Shown here piece after piece: positions 37,256 through 37,421 of a DNA stretch of 37,421 nucleotides. Location of the stretch: positions 1-37,421 of the forward strand of contig JALNVY010000003.1 in NCBI GenBank assembly GCA_023231165.1. The letters are read 5' to 3'. Position numbers and translations under genes: made by a program. Numbering within the stretch: position 1 is the stretch's first letter; each line of letters starts with the position of its first letter. Below the pieces are notes generated by a model. That model was not told where the DNA came from and did no database searches. It was given only the letters and a program-made list of their open reading frames with translations. Origin of the DNA: Syntrophales bacterium. Lineage in GTDB: Bacteria > Desulfobacterota > Syntrophia > Syntrophales > UBA8958.

Positions 37256-37421
37256 CAACCCATCGACAACTAACCTCTCGTTCATTAATCAATATTTGGC
37301 TTACGTCTAATCGATATGCGAATTGATTCAGATTTACTTCAACCTCAAGAGTATTTAATAAATCCAAGACAATAATGGGGTGCCTGCATGTTGCATCCCG
37401 AGTGATGCAGAAGGAAATAAA

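Noticed and set aside
37173-37367. 64-aa minus-strand ORF
   Set aside because: Crosses the phage-host junction and a host promoter, so probably spurious

Overview
The window holds one apparently complete Mu-like transposable prophage (124..37213, 37,090 bp) with short host flanks. Its ends are 41-bp imperfect inverted repeats (TGTGG...CCACA) flanked by a 6-bp target-site duplication, GGCCAT. Almost all phage genes are on the minus strand, in this order from the right: Ner/Cro-like early regulators, DDE transposase, AAA ATPase, Gam, NUDIX, ThyX-like, GemA, Mor, lysis, head, non-contractile tail, and a terminal D12-class adenine methyltransferase in the mom position. The repressor and an AT-rich accessory block are on the plus strand. 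The most interesting unannotated signals are these. (1) Upstream of the methyltransferase, a promoter-driven antisense cloverleaf RNA converges on a 21-aa hydrophobic micro-ORF. (2) An autonomous two-gene moron (Pro-rich 57-aa peptide plus SLATT-like 2TM protein) sits between copies of an end-associated palindrome. (3) A -1 frameshift produces a Cys-rich tail chaperone extension. (4) The portal is fused to a gpF-like domain. (5) The ATPase has an internal start. (6) A ThyX-like/NUDIX pair sits in the early region. All calls come from reading motifs and gene order by eye; no searches were run.
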